Positions 8,477 to 17,667 of a stretch of 64,000 bases of DNA are shown here, piece by piece (within the stretch, counting starts at the first letter, position 1; every line of letters starts with the position of its first letter). The notes beneath the pieces were generated by a model. It worked only from the letters and a program-made list of their open reading frames with translations. It had not been told where the DNA came from and ran no database searches. The DNA is taken from assembly GCA_016939375.1 (NCBI GenBank), contig JAFGHF010000063.1, positions 2,119 through 66,118 of the forward strand, written 5' to 3'. A program made the position numbers and the translations under genes. Origin of the DNA: Candidatus Omnitrophota bacterium (GTDB lineage Bacteria; Omnitrophota; Gorgyraeia; JAFGHF01).

Positions 8477-10435
8477 CTACACGGCGATTTCCTGCGGACT
8501 GGGTTGGTCAATAAAGGTCTTATGCCAGATCTCTAAGTTCAAGAGGTCCCAGATGCGCGCGCCGTGGTTGAACTCACCCGAAATATGCTCATCCAATATA
8601 TTATTTATATATTCTTTATTAAAGTAACCCCGAGAGATGCTTTCCTGAGATAAAAGCACATCGCGAGTGAAATCTTTTAGCTCGCTTCTAAACCAGCGGT
8701 CAATGGGCACACCAAAGCCCTGTTTTTTCCTCTTTAAGATCTCTTTGGGCAATAAGTCCCGGGCCACCTGTTTTAATATATATTTTTGTTCTAAACCATG
8801 CAATTTATAATTTAGCGGAAGCGATGCGGCGAATTCCATCACCTTGTGGTCTAAAAACGGCGAGCGGGCCTCCAGAGAATTGGCCATTGTGGCTATATCC
8901 ATCTTTACGCAGAGGTCTTCCGGCAAATAGCTGTTGACATCTACCTGCATCGCCTTTTCTGATGAACTCTCGGACTCTGCCTGCTGGGCAAGATCCAATA
9001 TATAATCGTAGACATCCTCGCTTAAGGCGGCCTTAAAATCGTTGCTATATAGACTATCTTTTTGATCCTGCTGAAACTGGCACATCCAGCTGATATATCT
9101 TCGCCACTCATCAGAGTAGTTGCGCAGGCCCATCAAAAGCGCTTCGATATACCTGGGTACTGGCCGCACATTGAGCCACTTAAGAGAAAGCGCGGCTGTC
9201 TTATCAAGAAGTCCTTTATTGCCGCGAAACATAGAAAGCGCAAGGTTAATAAAGGGCTTGGGCATATATTGAAGATACCTGCTTACCTTTAGGCCCTTAT
9301 ATCTTTCATATCCGGCAAAAGACTCGTCTCCTCCGTCGCCGTTTAGGGCCACGGTGACATACTCCCTGGTCATCTTGGCCACATAATAAGTAGGGATGGA
9401 GGAGGAATCCCCTAAAGGCTCGTTATAGTGCCAGATGAGTTTATTGAGCAGCTCAAAGGCATTGGGCTTGATGATAAACTCACGGTGCTCTGTGCTGTAG
9501 CGCTTGGCGATCAGCCTGGCAAATTCTATCTCGTTATAATTTTCTTCCTCAAAGCCGATTGTAAATGTCTTGACAGGCGCGCTCAGACATTTACTCATCA
9601 GGGCCACCACAAAGCTTGAGTCTATCCCTCCGCTTAAGAAAGCCCCCAAAGGCACATCGCTTATCAGGCGTAACTTCACCGCCTCGGTCAAAAGCTCCTT
9701 AAACATCTCTTTACTCTGGGCAAATGAGATCTTTTGCTTTTTGTAGCTAAGCCGCCAGTATCTTCTGGTCTTTATGCCATTTTTATCTAAAGTCAAAATA
9801 TGGGCGGGAGGAAGTTTGCTGATGCCCTTTATCATCGAGCGCGGGCTGGGGATATATCCGTAGGTGAGGAAATAATTTATGGCATTATAGTCTATCTCTT
9901 TGGGAATATTATTTTGCAGAAGGGCCTTTATCTCTGAGGCAAAGATAAAATTATTGCCGTCATAATAATAAGAGACCGGTTTTTTGCCTACCCTATCGCG
10001 GGCTAAAAATAATCTTTCTTTCTTTGTATCCCATATGGCAAAGGCGAACATCCCGCGTAATTTCTCAACGCAATCTAAGCCCATTTCCTCGTAAAGGTGG
10101 ACGATCACCTCGGTATCGCTTCTGGTCTTAAACTTATGGCCCCGGGCAGCGAGCTCTTCTTTCAGCTCTAAGAAATTATAGACCTCGCCGTTATGCACAA
10201 TCCAGATCAAGCCGTCTTCATTGCTCATCGGCTGATGGCCGGTGGAAAGATCGATTATGCTTAAGCGCCTATGGGCTAAGCCTGCCTGAGCTTTAGTATT
10301 GGGCGACTTCTCAAAAGAGGTATAGACCCCTTCATCATCTGGCCCGCGGTAGGAGAGGACATCGGCCATGCGCTTGATATCCTGGGGCTCGATTTTCCTG
10401 CCTTTAAAATTGCAACTTCCGGCGATACCACACAT
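8477..10435 (-). CDS. asnB: Asparagine synthetase, glutamine-hydrolysing
   Basis: 652 aa; MCGIAG N-terminal nucleophile Cys, SGGIDSS PP-loop. Confidence 0.95.
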   Translation of the reverse strand: MCGIAGSCNFKGRKIEPQDIKRMADVLSYRGPDDEGVYTSFEKSPNTKAQAGLAHRRLSIIDLSTGHQPMSNEDGLIWIVHNGEVYNFLELKEELAARGHKFKTRSDTEVIVHLYEEMGLDCVEKLRGMFAFAIWDTKKERLFLARDRVGKKPVSYYYDGNNFIFASEIKALLQNNIPKEIDYNAINYFLTYGYIPSPRSMIKGISKLPPAHILTLDKNGIKTRRYWRLSYKKQKISFAQSKEMFKELLTEAVKLRLISDVPLGAFLSGGIDSSFVVALMSKCLSAPVKTFTIGFEEENYNEIEFARLIAKRYSTEHREFIIKPNAFELLNKLIWHYNEPLGDSSSIPTYYVAKMTREYVTVALNGDGGDESFAGYERYKGLKVSRYLQYMPKPFINLALSMFRGNKGLLDKTAALSLKWLNVRPVPRYIEALLMGLRNYSDEWRRYISWMCQFQQDQKDSLYSNDFKAALSEDVYDYILDLAQQAESESSSEKAMQVDVNSYLPEDLCVKMDIATMANSLEARSPFLDHKVMEFAASLPLNYKLHGLEQKYILKQVARDLLPKEILKRKKQGFGVPIDRWFRSELKDFTRDVLLSQESISRGYFNKEYINNILDEHISGEFNHGARIWDLLNLEIWHKTFIDQPSPQEIAV

Positions 10436-10446
10436 CTTTATCTTGC

Positions 10447-11373
10447 CTATTCTTTATAAAGCTTACCTTGAAAACTCTCTTTTTCGGCTATCTTATCTTC
10501 GATTTTTTGCAAGACTATATTTTTTTCCAAAAGCCAAAGCGGGGCGACCAGATATTCCTTAGGACAATCGGCGCTGATCCTCTGGATCACGGTCTGGGGC
10601 CAAAGATGTTCTAGAAACTCCGTGGCCAGGTCCACATATTCATTTATGGACATAGGCTTATACTGCTTATCCCAGAATAACTGCTCAAGCTTGGTGCCTT
10701 TGATCACATGTAAGGGGTGGATCTTTACGCCGTCTACTTTTAAGTTGGCCAGGGTCCGGGCAGTGCCCATAATCTCATCTTTCGTCTCACCCGGTAAACC
10801 TATTATCACATGGGCGCAGACTTTTACCTTGCCCCTATTTTTGACCATCTGGTAAGTCTCTAAAAAGTCTGAGTAAGAGTGCCCACGGTTGATGAGCTGT
10901 AATGTCTTATCATGTATGCTCTGCAGGCCTAGTTCCAACCAGACCTCAAAGTCAGAGGCATAACTCTCTATCAGGTCCATGACTTCGTTGTTAACGCAGT
11001 CGGGCCGCGTGCCGATAGCGATGCCGGCGATATTGTAGAAGCTCTTTACGATATCATACTTTTCCTTCAATTCATTCACCGGGGCATAGGTATTGGTATA
11101 GCTCTGAAAATAGACGATGAATTTCTCGGCCTTAAACTTATTTAAGCCCGCCTCTATCCCCTTCTTGATCTGATGACGTATGGTCTGCTCGGGCATGCGC
11201 ACGTTAAAGCTAAATCCCTTGTTATCGCAGAAGATGCAACCGTCTTTGCTCTTGGTGCCGTCTCTGTTGGGACAGGAAAACCCCGCGTCGACGCTCACCT
11301 TATGTACCCGGCAGCCAAAACGTTCTTTTAGATAATCGGAAAATTTATAATATGGCTTATGTATATTTTCCAT
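10447..11373 (-). CDS. Radical SAM protein, TIGR01212 (YhcC-like) family
   Basis: Motif FSCPNRDGTKSKDGCIFCDN. The likely true start is the second ATG (MENIHKPYYKF), which has a GAAGGAG RBS. It overlaps the mnmG 3' end by 17 nt. Confidence 0.85.
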   Translation of the reverse strand: MENIHKPYYKFSDYLKERFGCRVHKVSVDAGFSCPNRDGTKSKDGCIFCDNKGFSFNVRMPEQTIRHQIKKGIEAGLNKFKAEKFIVYFQSYTNTYAPVNELKEKYDIVKSFYNIAGIAIGTRPDCVNNEVMDLIESYASDFEVWLELGLQSIHDKTLQLINRGHSYSDFLETYQMVKNRGKVKVCAHVIIGLPGETKDEIMGTARTLANLKVDGVKIHPLHVIKGTKLEQLFWDKQYKPMSINEYVDLATEFLEHLWPQTVIQRISADCPKEYLVAPLWLLEKNIVLQKIEDKIAEKESFQGKLYKE

Positions 11374-13222
11374 TCTCACTCCTTCTTCGTACATGGACCA
11401 TCAGGACCATCAGTGCCGCCGGAGTTACTCCGGAGATACGATTGGCCTGGCCTAATGTAAGGGGCCTGCTTTTGTTTAGCTTTTCCCTGATCTCACGGGA
11501 AAGAGCGGTGATCTTCGAGTAATCTAATTCTTGAGGTATCTTTATTTTCTCCAAATGCTTAAAATTGCGCACCTCGGTAAGCTGCCTTTTAATAAAACCG
11601 GAATATTTTGTCTCGGTCTCTATACCCTCAAGCACGCTTTGCGAATAATCAAAAGGCAGGTGTTCTTTTATATCTTGGATCTTTACCTGCGGGCGCTTGA
11701 GCAATTGGAAAAACGAGATATTCTTATGCCCGGGGACAGTTCTCTGATTGGCGTGAGAACCGGTCTTGACTTTAAGGTGGTGGTCTTTTAAGTACTGGAT
11801 GCCTTCCTGGATCTGGGCCTGTTTCTTTTGGGCCCTCTGGAAATCCTTCTTGCTCACCAGGCCAAATTCAAAGCCGAATTTGCGCAAGCGCGCGTCGGCA
11901 TTGTCTTCGCGGATCAAAAGGCGGTATTCCACGCGCGAGGTAAACATACGGTATGGTTCGGGAGTACCTTTAGTCACCAAATCGTCTATAAGCACTCCTA
12001 TATAACTTGTGGAACGGTCAAGCTCAAAAGGCTCTTTGCCTCTAATGCGCAGCCCGGCGTTTATAGCTGCGATCAATCCTTGGGCAGCGGCCTCTTCATA
12101 ACCGGTGGTCCCGTTTATTTGTCCGGCAAGATATAAGTTCTTTATCCTTTTTGTCTCTAAGCTGGGGTAAAGTTCTCTGGAGTCCACTACATCGTGCTCT
12201 ATGCCGTAGCCATAGCGGTTAATCTTGGCCTTCTCTAAACCGGGCACCGAATGTATAAATTCATCCTGCACATCTTCGGGCAGGCTGGTGGAGAGCCCAT
12301 TGGGATAATATTCATCGCCTCTTGAGCCTTCTGGCTCTAAGAAGATCTGATGCCGCGAGTGGTGCGGGAATTTTACTACCTTATCTTCAAAAGAGGGGCA
12401 ATAGCGCACCCCCGTACCTATGATTTTGCCGCTAAATAAGGGTGATTTATCTAAGTTTTTGCGGATGATCTCGTGGGTCTTCTCATCTGTATAGGTAATA
12501 TAACAAGGGACTTGTTTTAACTTCAGCTTTTTGGTAGAAAAAGAAAACGCGCGTGGCGGCGAATCCCCTTCCTGGGGTTGCATTTTTTCAAAGTCCAGAC
12601 TCCTACCTTCAAGTCTGGCACAGGTACCGGTCTTAAAACGCAACATATTAAATCCAAGTTCATGAAATTCGCGGGCTAAGCTTTCGCTGGTATCCCTCTC
12701 CTCTATTCTTCCTCCGGGAAGACTGCGCATCCCGAAATGAATCAGCCCGTTTAGAAAAGTACCCGGGGTAACTATCACTGTCTGCGAGCAGACCTCTTTA
12801 TTATCCGATGTCTTGACCCCGAAAATCCTTCCGTCTTTTATTAAGAACCCCGCCACTTCGGCTTCCATGACCTTCAGTTTTTTTTGGGCGCTTATCGCTT
12901 TTTGCATATACGAGGCGTATTTTTTACGGTCAACCTGCGCCCGCGAGGACCAGACCGCAGCCCCTTTTGAGGCATTGAGCGTCCTGAATTGTATGGCTGA
13001 GGCATCAGTAGCACGGGCCATCTCACCGCCCAAGGCGTCTATCTCTTTTACAAGCTGGCCTTTTCCTATTCCGCCCACAGCCGGGTTGCAAGACATGATG
13101 CCTATCGCATTCTTGTGCAAGGTAATCAAAAGGGTAAGGGCGCCCATGCGCGCGCTGGCTAAGGCGGCTTCGCAGCCGGCATGTCCCGCCCCTACAACTA
13201 TCACATCGTATTTTTTCATCAT
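11357..13222 (-). CDS. mnmG: tRNA uridine-5-carboxymethylaminomethyl modification enzyme MnmG (GidA)
   Basis: MMKKYDVIVVGAGHAGCEAA FAD-binding N-terminus and full-length GidA similarity. The track start MFSKP is an upstream TTG. Confidence 0.95.
   Translation of the reverse strand: MMKKYDVIVVGAGHAGCEAALASARMGALTLLITLHKNAIGIMSCNPAVGGIGKGQLVKEIDALGGEMARATDASAIQFRTLNASKGAAVWSSRAQVDRKKYASYMQKAISAQKKLKVMEAEVAGFLIKDGRIFGVKTSDNKEVCSQTVIVTPGTFLNGLIHFGMRSLPGGRIEERDTSESLAREFHELGFNMLRFKTGTCARLEGRSLDFEKMQPQEGDSPPRAFSFSTKKLKLKQVPCYITYTDEKTHEIIRKNLDKSPLFSGKIIGTGVRYCPSFEDKVVKFPHHSRHQIFLEPEGSRGDEYYPNGLSTSLPEDVQDEFIHSVPGLEKAKINRYGYGIEHDVVDSRELYPSLETKRIKNLYLAGQINGTTGYEEAAAQGLIAAINAGLRIRGKEPFELDRSTSYIGVLIDDLVTKGTPEPYRMFTSRVEYRLLIREDNADARLRKFGFEFGLVSKKDFQRAQKKQAQIQEGIQYLKDHHLKVKTGSHANQRTVPGHKNISFFQLLKRPQVKIQDIKEHLPFDYSQSVLEGIETETKYSGFIKRQLTEVRNFKHLEKIKIPQELDYSKITALSREIREKLNKSRPLTLGQANRISGVTPAALMVLMVHVRRRSENGKYT
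11732..11777. repeat. Copy A of a ~41-46 nt near-identical element (inside the mnmG coding sequence)
   Basis: gggacagttctctgattggcgtgagaaccggtcttgacttt matches 17623-17663 at 37/41. The minus-strand RNA folds as an 8-bp stem CGGUUCUC/GAGAACUG with a 10-nt loop ACGCCAAUCA. Confidence 0.7.
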
Positions 13223-13258
13223 CGGCTTAGAAAACAATGGACGGCCAAACGATTGAGA

Positions 13259-13290
13259 GCCGTCCGCTTTTTTATTTACACTCCATTTTA
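13259..13290. terminator. Palindromic hairpin between the PilP-like gene and mnmG
   Basis: GGACGGCcaaacgattgagaGCCGTCC; T-run on the plus strand, weaker U-run on the minus strand. Confidence 0.35.
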
Positions 13291-13686
13291 CTCTATTACT
13301 AAGACTTCTTGACTTACGCCATCACTTAAGATTACTCTGTTCTCTTCGATGCGTTCCACCTTCATACCGCCGATCTCGTCCCCGGCATGCACTACCTCGC
13401 CGTTTATCAAGGCATAAGGAGATTCCTCGTCCCAGATAACTCCGGAAAGGTTAAGCTGGACCCTGGCCTCGGCCTCTTCACTGGGCCAGACAAAAGGATT
13501 CCTGCCCCATTCTTTATAAGCCGTTCTTTTTTTATCCTCTAAGTTCGGTAATTCCACAGTTTTATTTGCTAAAGGAGCAAGGGCGTTTGAAGAAGACTGT
13601 CCTTTTTTTGTGCCTTTGGGCAGCCAGATCACCAGCGCCACTACCACAAGAACGGCAAGAATCGCGATCCCTTGAATCTTCTTCAT
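13288..13686 (-). CDS. PilP-like pilus assembly protein (small, N-terminal TM/signal, C-terminal beta domain); hypothetical
   Basis: N-terminal hydrophobic segment and C-terminal LSGVIWDEESPYALINGEVVHAGDEIGGMKVERIEENRVIL, resembling PilP/GspC HR-type domains. Position is directly after pilO. Confidence 0.4.
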   Translation of the reverse strand: MKKIQGIAILAVLVVVALVIWLPKGTKKGQSSSNALAPLANKTVELPNLEDKKRTAYKEWGRNPFVWPSEEAEARVQLNLSGVIWDEESPYALINGEVVHAGDEIGGMKVERIEENRVILSDGVSQEVLVIE

Positions 13687-13687
13687 C

Positions 13688-14230
13688 TTATTCCGGCTCC
13701 ATATATAGTTTGACCGTCATATCCACGTCTAACTTAGCCAAGGCGCCTTTAGGCCGCACAGAGAACGCCGCTACTTCCCCCACAGTGAGCGGAAATTCCT
13801 CTATATAAACGAGAAATTGCCCCAGGCCCCTGTAGTCACATTCGAGCTTAAGTTCGATGGGTAAGACACTAAAATTTCCTTCTTCATAACTCTGTTCATC
13901 AGCGGGCGTGATCGAAATGAATTTAAGGCCTAATTGCCCGCCATAGGCAGTGATATCATCGATAGCCAAAGAAACGTCTTTTTGCTTCATCAAATCTTTA
14001 GCCAAATCTATCTTTTTTAAAGAATCAATGGCTTTGCGCTGAGAGATAAGCTGGCCGTCTAAGCTGTTTAAGTAATTTTTTGTCCGGCTCAACCTTAAAG
14101 CCAAAGGACGATGGGCGATGAGCAGGACCAAGATGACCACGAATATAGCCAAGCCATAAATAATAAACTGCATCTGGCGCTTATCCAGGCTATTTTTTAA
14201 TTTGTTTATACTCTCTTTTATATCGCTCAT
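13688..14230 (-). CDS. pilO: Type IV pilus assembly protein PilO
   Basis: 180 aa with one TM, a coiled-coil and a C-terminal PilO-like region. Operon position is after pilMN. Confidence 0.6.
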   Translation of the reverse strand: MSDIKESINKLKNSLDKRQMQFIIYGLAIFVVILVLLIAHRPLALRLSRTKNYLNSLDGQLISQRKAIDSLKKIDLAKDLMKQKDVSLAIDDITAYGGQLGLKFISITPADEQSYEEGNFSVLPIELKLECDYRGLGQFLVYIEEFPLTVGEVAAFSVRPKGALAKLDVDMTVKLYMEPE

Positions 14231-14232
14231 TT

Positions 14233-15825
14233 TTATTTTAAACTCAGTTTAAGTTCAAATTGATATAACCCTTGCGCGGTGGCGTTTTTTGTAGTAACTA
14301 ATTTCACTTCTTCAAAGATGCCTTTTTCCAAAGTCTTCATGCACTCGGTAAGCAGTTTTTCTTCTGATGTCTTAGAGGGTTTTATCTCGCCGGCAAGCTG
14401 AACGCTATTTTGGGCGGCCTTCATCTTAGTCAGGCGTATCTGCTCAGGCACACAATTGCCGATTTCCTTTAGGACATCGCTCCAATAGATACGCTTATTT
14501 AAGGCATCGACCAAAAATGCCTGCTTGTTTACCTGCCCTATCCTGGGCTTTAACGCGCCTAACTCCAGCTCGGCCGCGGCCAGGCGCTTAAGATCCGTAC
14601 CCAGCTTGATCCTCATGCCCACATAGCTTAAAATCAATATCACAAAGACCGCAGCCATCAGGGCTTTGATAGAGGAGCGCTCGATCAATATTTTGGTCTC
14701 TTCTTTGATCTCTACCGGCAAGAGGTTTATTGAGTCTTTTGCGCTCTGGGCCACACCGATGGCCTGGGCAAACCTATGTGCCTGGGTAGCGTTATTTTCC
14801 AAAAGATAAGGGGCTAGGCTTGAGACATCTATAAAAGGGTTGCCCAATTCAACGGGAATGCCTAAGTTTTCATTAAGCTGTTTGGCCAGGCCTTTTAAAT
14901 CACTGCCGCCCCCCAAAAGGATCAACCTCTCTACCTTGATGCCTTGTTCGCTCTCTCTATAGAAGTCAAAAGACCTCTCTATCTCCTCAATAAGTTTTTC
15001 CACATTCGGGCGCAAAAGCGACAAAAGCTGCATGCTGGTCAACTTACCTTCAAGCACTTGCGAAGTCGCGCTCTCGGGTATGCCGTATTTTCTTTTGATC
15101 TTTTCCGCCTGGGCAAAGTTCAACTGGATCTTGCCCAACTCCGAAGCCAACACTTGGGTCATCGCTTTTGTAAATTCTCTGGCGGCCACCGGTAATTTGC
15201 GGCTAAAAGCGGCTTTCCCCTTCTGAAAGATAAAAAGTTCGCTTAGGCTATGTCCGATATCTAAAATCGCGGTGGTCTTCTGTCCTTCTGAGCCCAGCCC
15301 GGCGATGACATCATCAAGGACGAAACCGGCCTGGGTAAAAAGATGCGGTTTCAGACCCAATTGGCCAAGCAGGCTGATATAATTGTTTATAGTCGCCTGC
15401 GGAGAGCAGGCTACTAAGATCTTCAGTTTTTTTGCTCCCGATTCGCTGACTTCCTCGAGGACCTTAAAGTCCAATACGGATTCGTCAACGGGAAATGAGA
15501 TAAAATCCTTCATCTCCCATTTAAGGGCGGGGATTATCTCCGCTTTGGGCATATAAGGAATGGTGATCACCCTGGTGCAGCTTTGCGCACAGTTGACCAC
15601 CACATTGATATCACTCTCCTGGGCATTGATAGATTTGAACAGTTCTTTCAAGGCCTCCAATTGCGCCACAGGAGTATCTTTTTCTAAATTTATCTCTTTT
15701 AAGACCAGCTGAGACAGCTGTAATTTGCCTTCGGCGTGCACAAATTTGGCCAGCTTGATAGCGGCCGTGCCTATATCCAGGCCGATAACACTTTTCTTTC
15801 TTGTAAAGAATTTCGGTTTGACCAT
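14233..15825 (-). CDS. pilMN: PilM-PilN fusion protein
   Basis: N-terminal actin-like PilM (SVIGLDIGTAAIKLAKF...), then INLLP (the PilN N-terminal PilM-binding motif) in-frame without a start codon, then a TM helix and the PilN periplasmic region. 530 aa in total. Confidence 0.8.
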   Translation of the reverse strand: MVKPKFFTRKKSVIGLDIGTAAIKLAKFVHAEGKLQLSQLVLKEINLEKDTPVAQLEALKELFKSINAQESDINVVVNCAQSCTRVITIPYMPKAEIIPALKWEMKDFISFPVDESVLDFKVLEEVSESGAKKLKILVACSPQATINNYISLLGQLGLKPHLFTQAGFVLDDVIAGLGSEGQKTTAILDIGHSLSELFIFQKGKAAFSRKLPVAAREFTKAMTQVLASELGKIQLNFAQAEKIKRKYGIPESATSQVLEGKLTSMQLLSLLRPNVEKLIEEIERSFDFYRESEQGIKVERLILLGGGSDLKGLAKQLNENLGIPVELGNPFIDVSSLAPYLLENNATQAHRFAQAIGVAQSAKDSINLLPVEIKEETKILIERSSIKALMAAVFVILILSYVGMRIKLGTDLKRLAAAELELGALKPRIGQVNKQAFLVDALNKRIYWSDVLKEIGNCVPEQIRLTKMKAAQNSVQLAGEIKPSKTSEEKLLTECMKTLEKGIFEEVKLVTTKNATAQGLYQFELKLSLK

Positions 15826-15844
15826 TATATATCTCTTTTTTAGA

Positions 15845-16669
15845 TTACCAAAAAGTGACGAATTTCCCCAGGCCCAAGCTCACCCCCGGAGCTGAGCCGG
15901 TATCATAAGCCTCAAGCTCATTTACTTCCGGCCGGTTCCCGTTGACATTAAGTTTAAGATAACGCGCTGTTACCGAATCGAAGCTGACCGCGCCGCCGGG
16001 ACTCTCCACAGGGTTACTTACCGGCTGATAAGCGACATTATCTGTAGAATATTGTATCTGATATGAAGCGATCTGGTTGCCGTCAAATACTATCTTATCA
16101 AAATCGATCTGGCTGGCAAAATCGTGTTTGAGCCAGGAGCCGTTGCTTATGTTAGATTTCCATTTAGTATTACTGAGCCCATCGTTTGATTTATTGGCGG
16201 TATTTCCTCCTTGCGCCGAAGACGCGGAAGCCACGGCAGTCAAAGAAAGGTTGGGCCCATCTCCCCCAGCCGATACCTGTATATTTCGCTGCACGGCTTT
16301 TCTTTTGGCTATAGGATCATTATCATCGGGGATATAGCCTTCCGATTCGATTGTATATGTGCCGTCACCGTTATCGACAGTGGTGACGGTATACGTCCCT
16401 TCATAAGGGCCCTCTCCAAAAGGCTCATCTTCCTCGCCCCAGCCCACCGGCTCTTGGCCAATGGTCAGGGCCCATCTTGCTTTGGCTATCCCTGCCTCGG
16501 CTATATAAAAGGCCTGCATGTTGCGCAACCCCGCAGCGGAAGACCTTATTTCATAATGGACCATGGTCACAAAGGCCAGGACAACTACTGTCAGGCTGAT
16601 CAAGGTTATAAAGACAAAAATAAGCGCTGCTCCTGTTCTTTCTTTCGCGACTCCTGCATTCATCATCAT
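15845..16669 (-). CDS. PilX-like minor pilin with a C-terminal F5/8 type C (discoidin) carbohydrate-binding domain
   Basis: PilX_N-like N-terminus (ERTGAALIFVFITLISLTVVV), then a discoidin-like C-terminus (SNTKWKS...SWLKHDF...QIQYSTDNVAY...ARYLKLNVNGNRPEVNELEAY). Confidence 0.65.
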   Translation of the reverse strand: MMMNAGVAKERTGAALIFVFITLISLTVVVLAFVTMVHYEIRSSAAGLRNMQAFYIAEAGIAKARWALTIGQEPVGWGEEDEPFGEGPYEGTYTVTTVDNGDGTYTIESEGYIPDDNDPIAKRKAVQRNIQVSAGGDGPNLSLTAVASASSAQGGNTANKSNDGLSNTKWKSNISNGSWLKHDFASQIDFDKIVFDGNQIASYQIQYSTDNVAYQPVSNPVESPGGAVSFDSVTARYLKLNVNGNRPEVNELEAYDTGSAPGVSLGLGKFVTFW

Positions 16670-17178
16670 TGATTCCTGGCATATACGCTGGAGCTTAAAG
16701 TAAAGCTTTCCTCGGCCTTATTCATATCAAGAGAAATCGTAATCACCCGGATAGAGTCGCGCTTAGACTGTGAAGCGACATCCGCAGGCAAACTCATTAG
16801 GTCGTTATCCACATCGCGATAGGCAAGCGCAAAATCTTCCACATCAGATGCCAATGTCGTCTGGGTTGCCCCTTCTGTCCTGATCAGCTTGTTTGAGTTG
16901 ATTCCAAAAGCCACTGTCTCATCGCTGCCGTTGTCATCTAAGTCGGCCGTAAATGTTATTGCGTCTTCGTCGGCATCGGTAATACTGCTGGCCTGGCCCA
17001 GCTCACGCACCATCCGCTCCATGGCCAGAGAACTCTCTGATCTGATCTGACTGCGGTCTCTACTAGTGCCCCATACTCTTAAGCCCACGACAAAAACCCA
17101 GAGGGCCGAGACCACCAGCACGGAAAAAAGGGCCATTACTATTATTAATTCTATTAAAGTAAAACTTTTTTTACTCAA
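16666..17178 (-). CDS. Prepilin-type N-terminal cleavage/methylation domain minor pilin
   Basis: KKSFTLIELIIVMALFSVLVV class III signal with Glu+5. The -1 residue is Ser rather than Gly. Confidence 0.65.
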   Translation of the reverse strand: MSKKSFTLIELIIVMALFSVLVVSALWVFVVGLRVWGTSRDRSQIRSESSLAMERMVRELGQASSITDADEDAITFTADLDDNGSDETVAFGINSNKLIRTEGATQTTLASDVEDFALAYRDVDNDLMSLPADVASQSKRDSIRVITISLDMNKAEESFTLSSSVYARNQ

Positions 17179-17600
17179 TTTTTAGAGATATATGTCGCCA
17201 AGGCAACAGATATTTCATCAGATTTATATGTCCAATACGTCTTCACGATTACTTTTTTAAGGTCTATCTGGGGCTCGCTAACGATGACCTCTCTCTGAAA
17301 ACCGGGGAATCCGACTATATCCGCTTTAGCCTCATCGACGACTTCCGTATCAAAATCCAGGTTTTTAAACTCTTCCATCCTCTGCTGGGCCAAGTTCATG
17401 GCCACAGTCGTGCTCTCGGCATCATAACTGCTCACCAAGCCTGTGCTGAAAAGCCCTACCACAAAGACGACCCCCAGCACCATGATGATCAGGGTAATCA
17501 GGATTTCCAGCAATGTAAAAGCACGCCTCGTGATTCGTGATTCGCAGTTCGATATATTTATCACTTGCGTAAGCTCTTTATTAGGTTGGTTCATAAGCAT
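17175..17600 (-). CDS. Pseudopilin (GspI/PilV-like)
   Basis: RRAFTLLEILITLIIMVLG; the -1 residue is Ala; long N-terminal leader. Confidence 0.6.
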   Translation of the reverse strand: MLMNQPNKELTQVINISNCESRITRRAFTLLEILITLIIMVLGVVFVVGLFSTGLVSSYDAESTTVAMNLAQQRMEEFKNLDFDTEVVDEAKADIVGFPGFQREVIVSEPQIDLKKVIVKTYWTYKSDEISVALATYISKN

Positions 17601-17621
17601 TCGCCCTCGAGCTCTATATAG

Positions 17622-17667
17622 AGGGACAGTTCTCCGATTGGCGCAAGAACCGGTCTTGATTTTTAGA
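17622..17667. repeat. Copy B of the ~41-46 nt element (pilin 3' UTR / intergenic)
   Basis: gggacagttctccgattggcgcaagaaccggtcttgatttt; same orientation as copy A. It is followed on the plus strand by a small CCCTC...GAGGG hairpin around a palindromic CTCTATATAGAG. Confidence 0.7.

Noticed and set aside
11531-13256. Plus-strand ORFs inside mnmG (11531-11791, 11766-12005, 11828-12136, 12813-13256)
   Set aside because: Antisense to the full-length, highly conserved mnmG.
16077-16672. ORFs 16077-16337 and 16211-16672 (plus strand)
   Set aside because: Antisense to the PilX-discoidin gene. Cys/Arg-rich with no motifs.
17530-17565. Short tandem heptamer (GATTCGT GATTCGC) in the pseudopilin 5' region
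   Set aside because: Only two units; most likely chance. No array.
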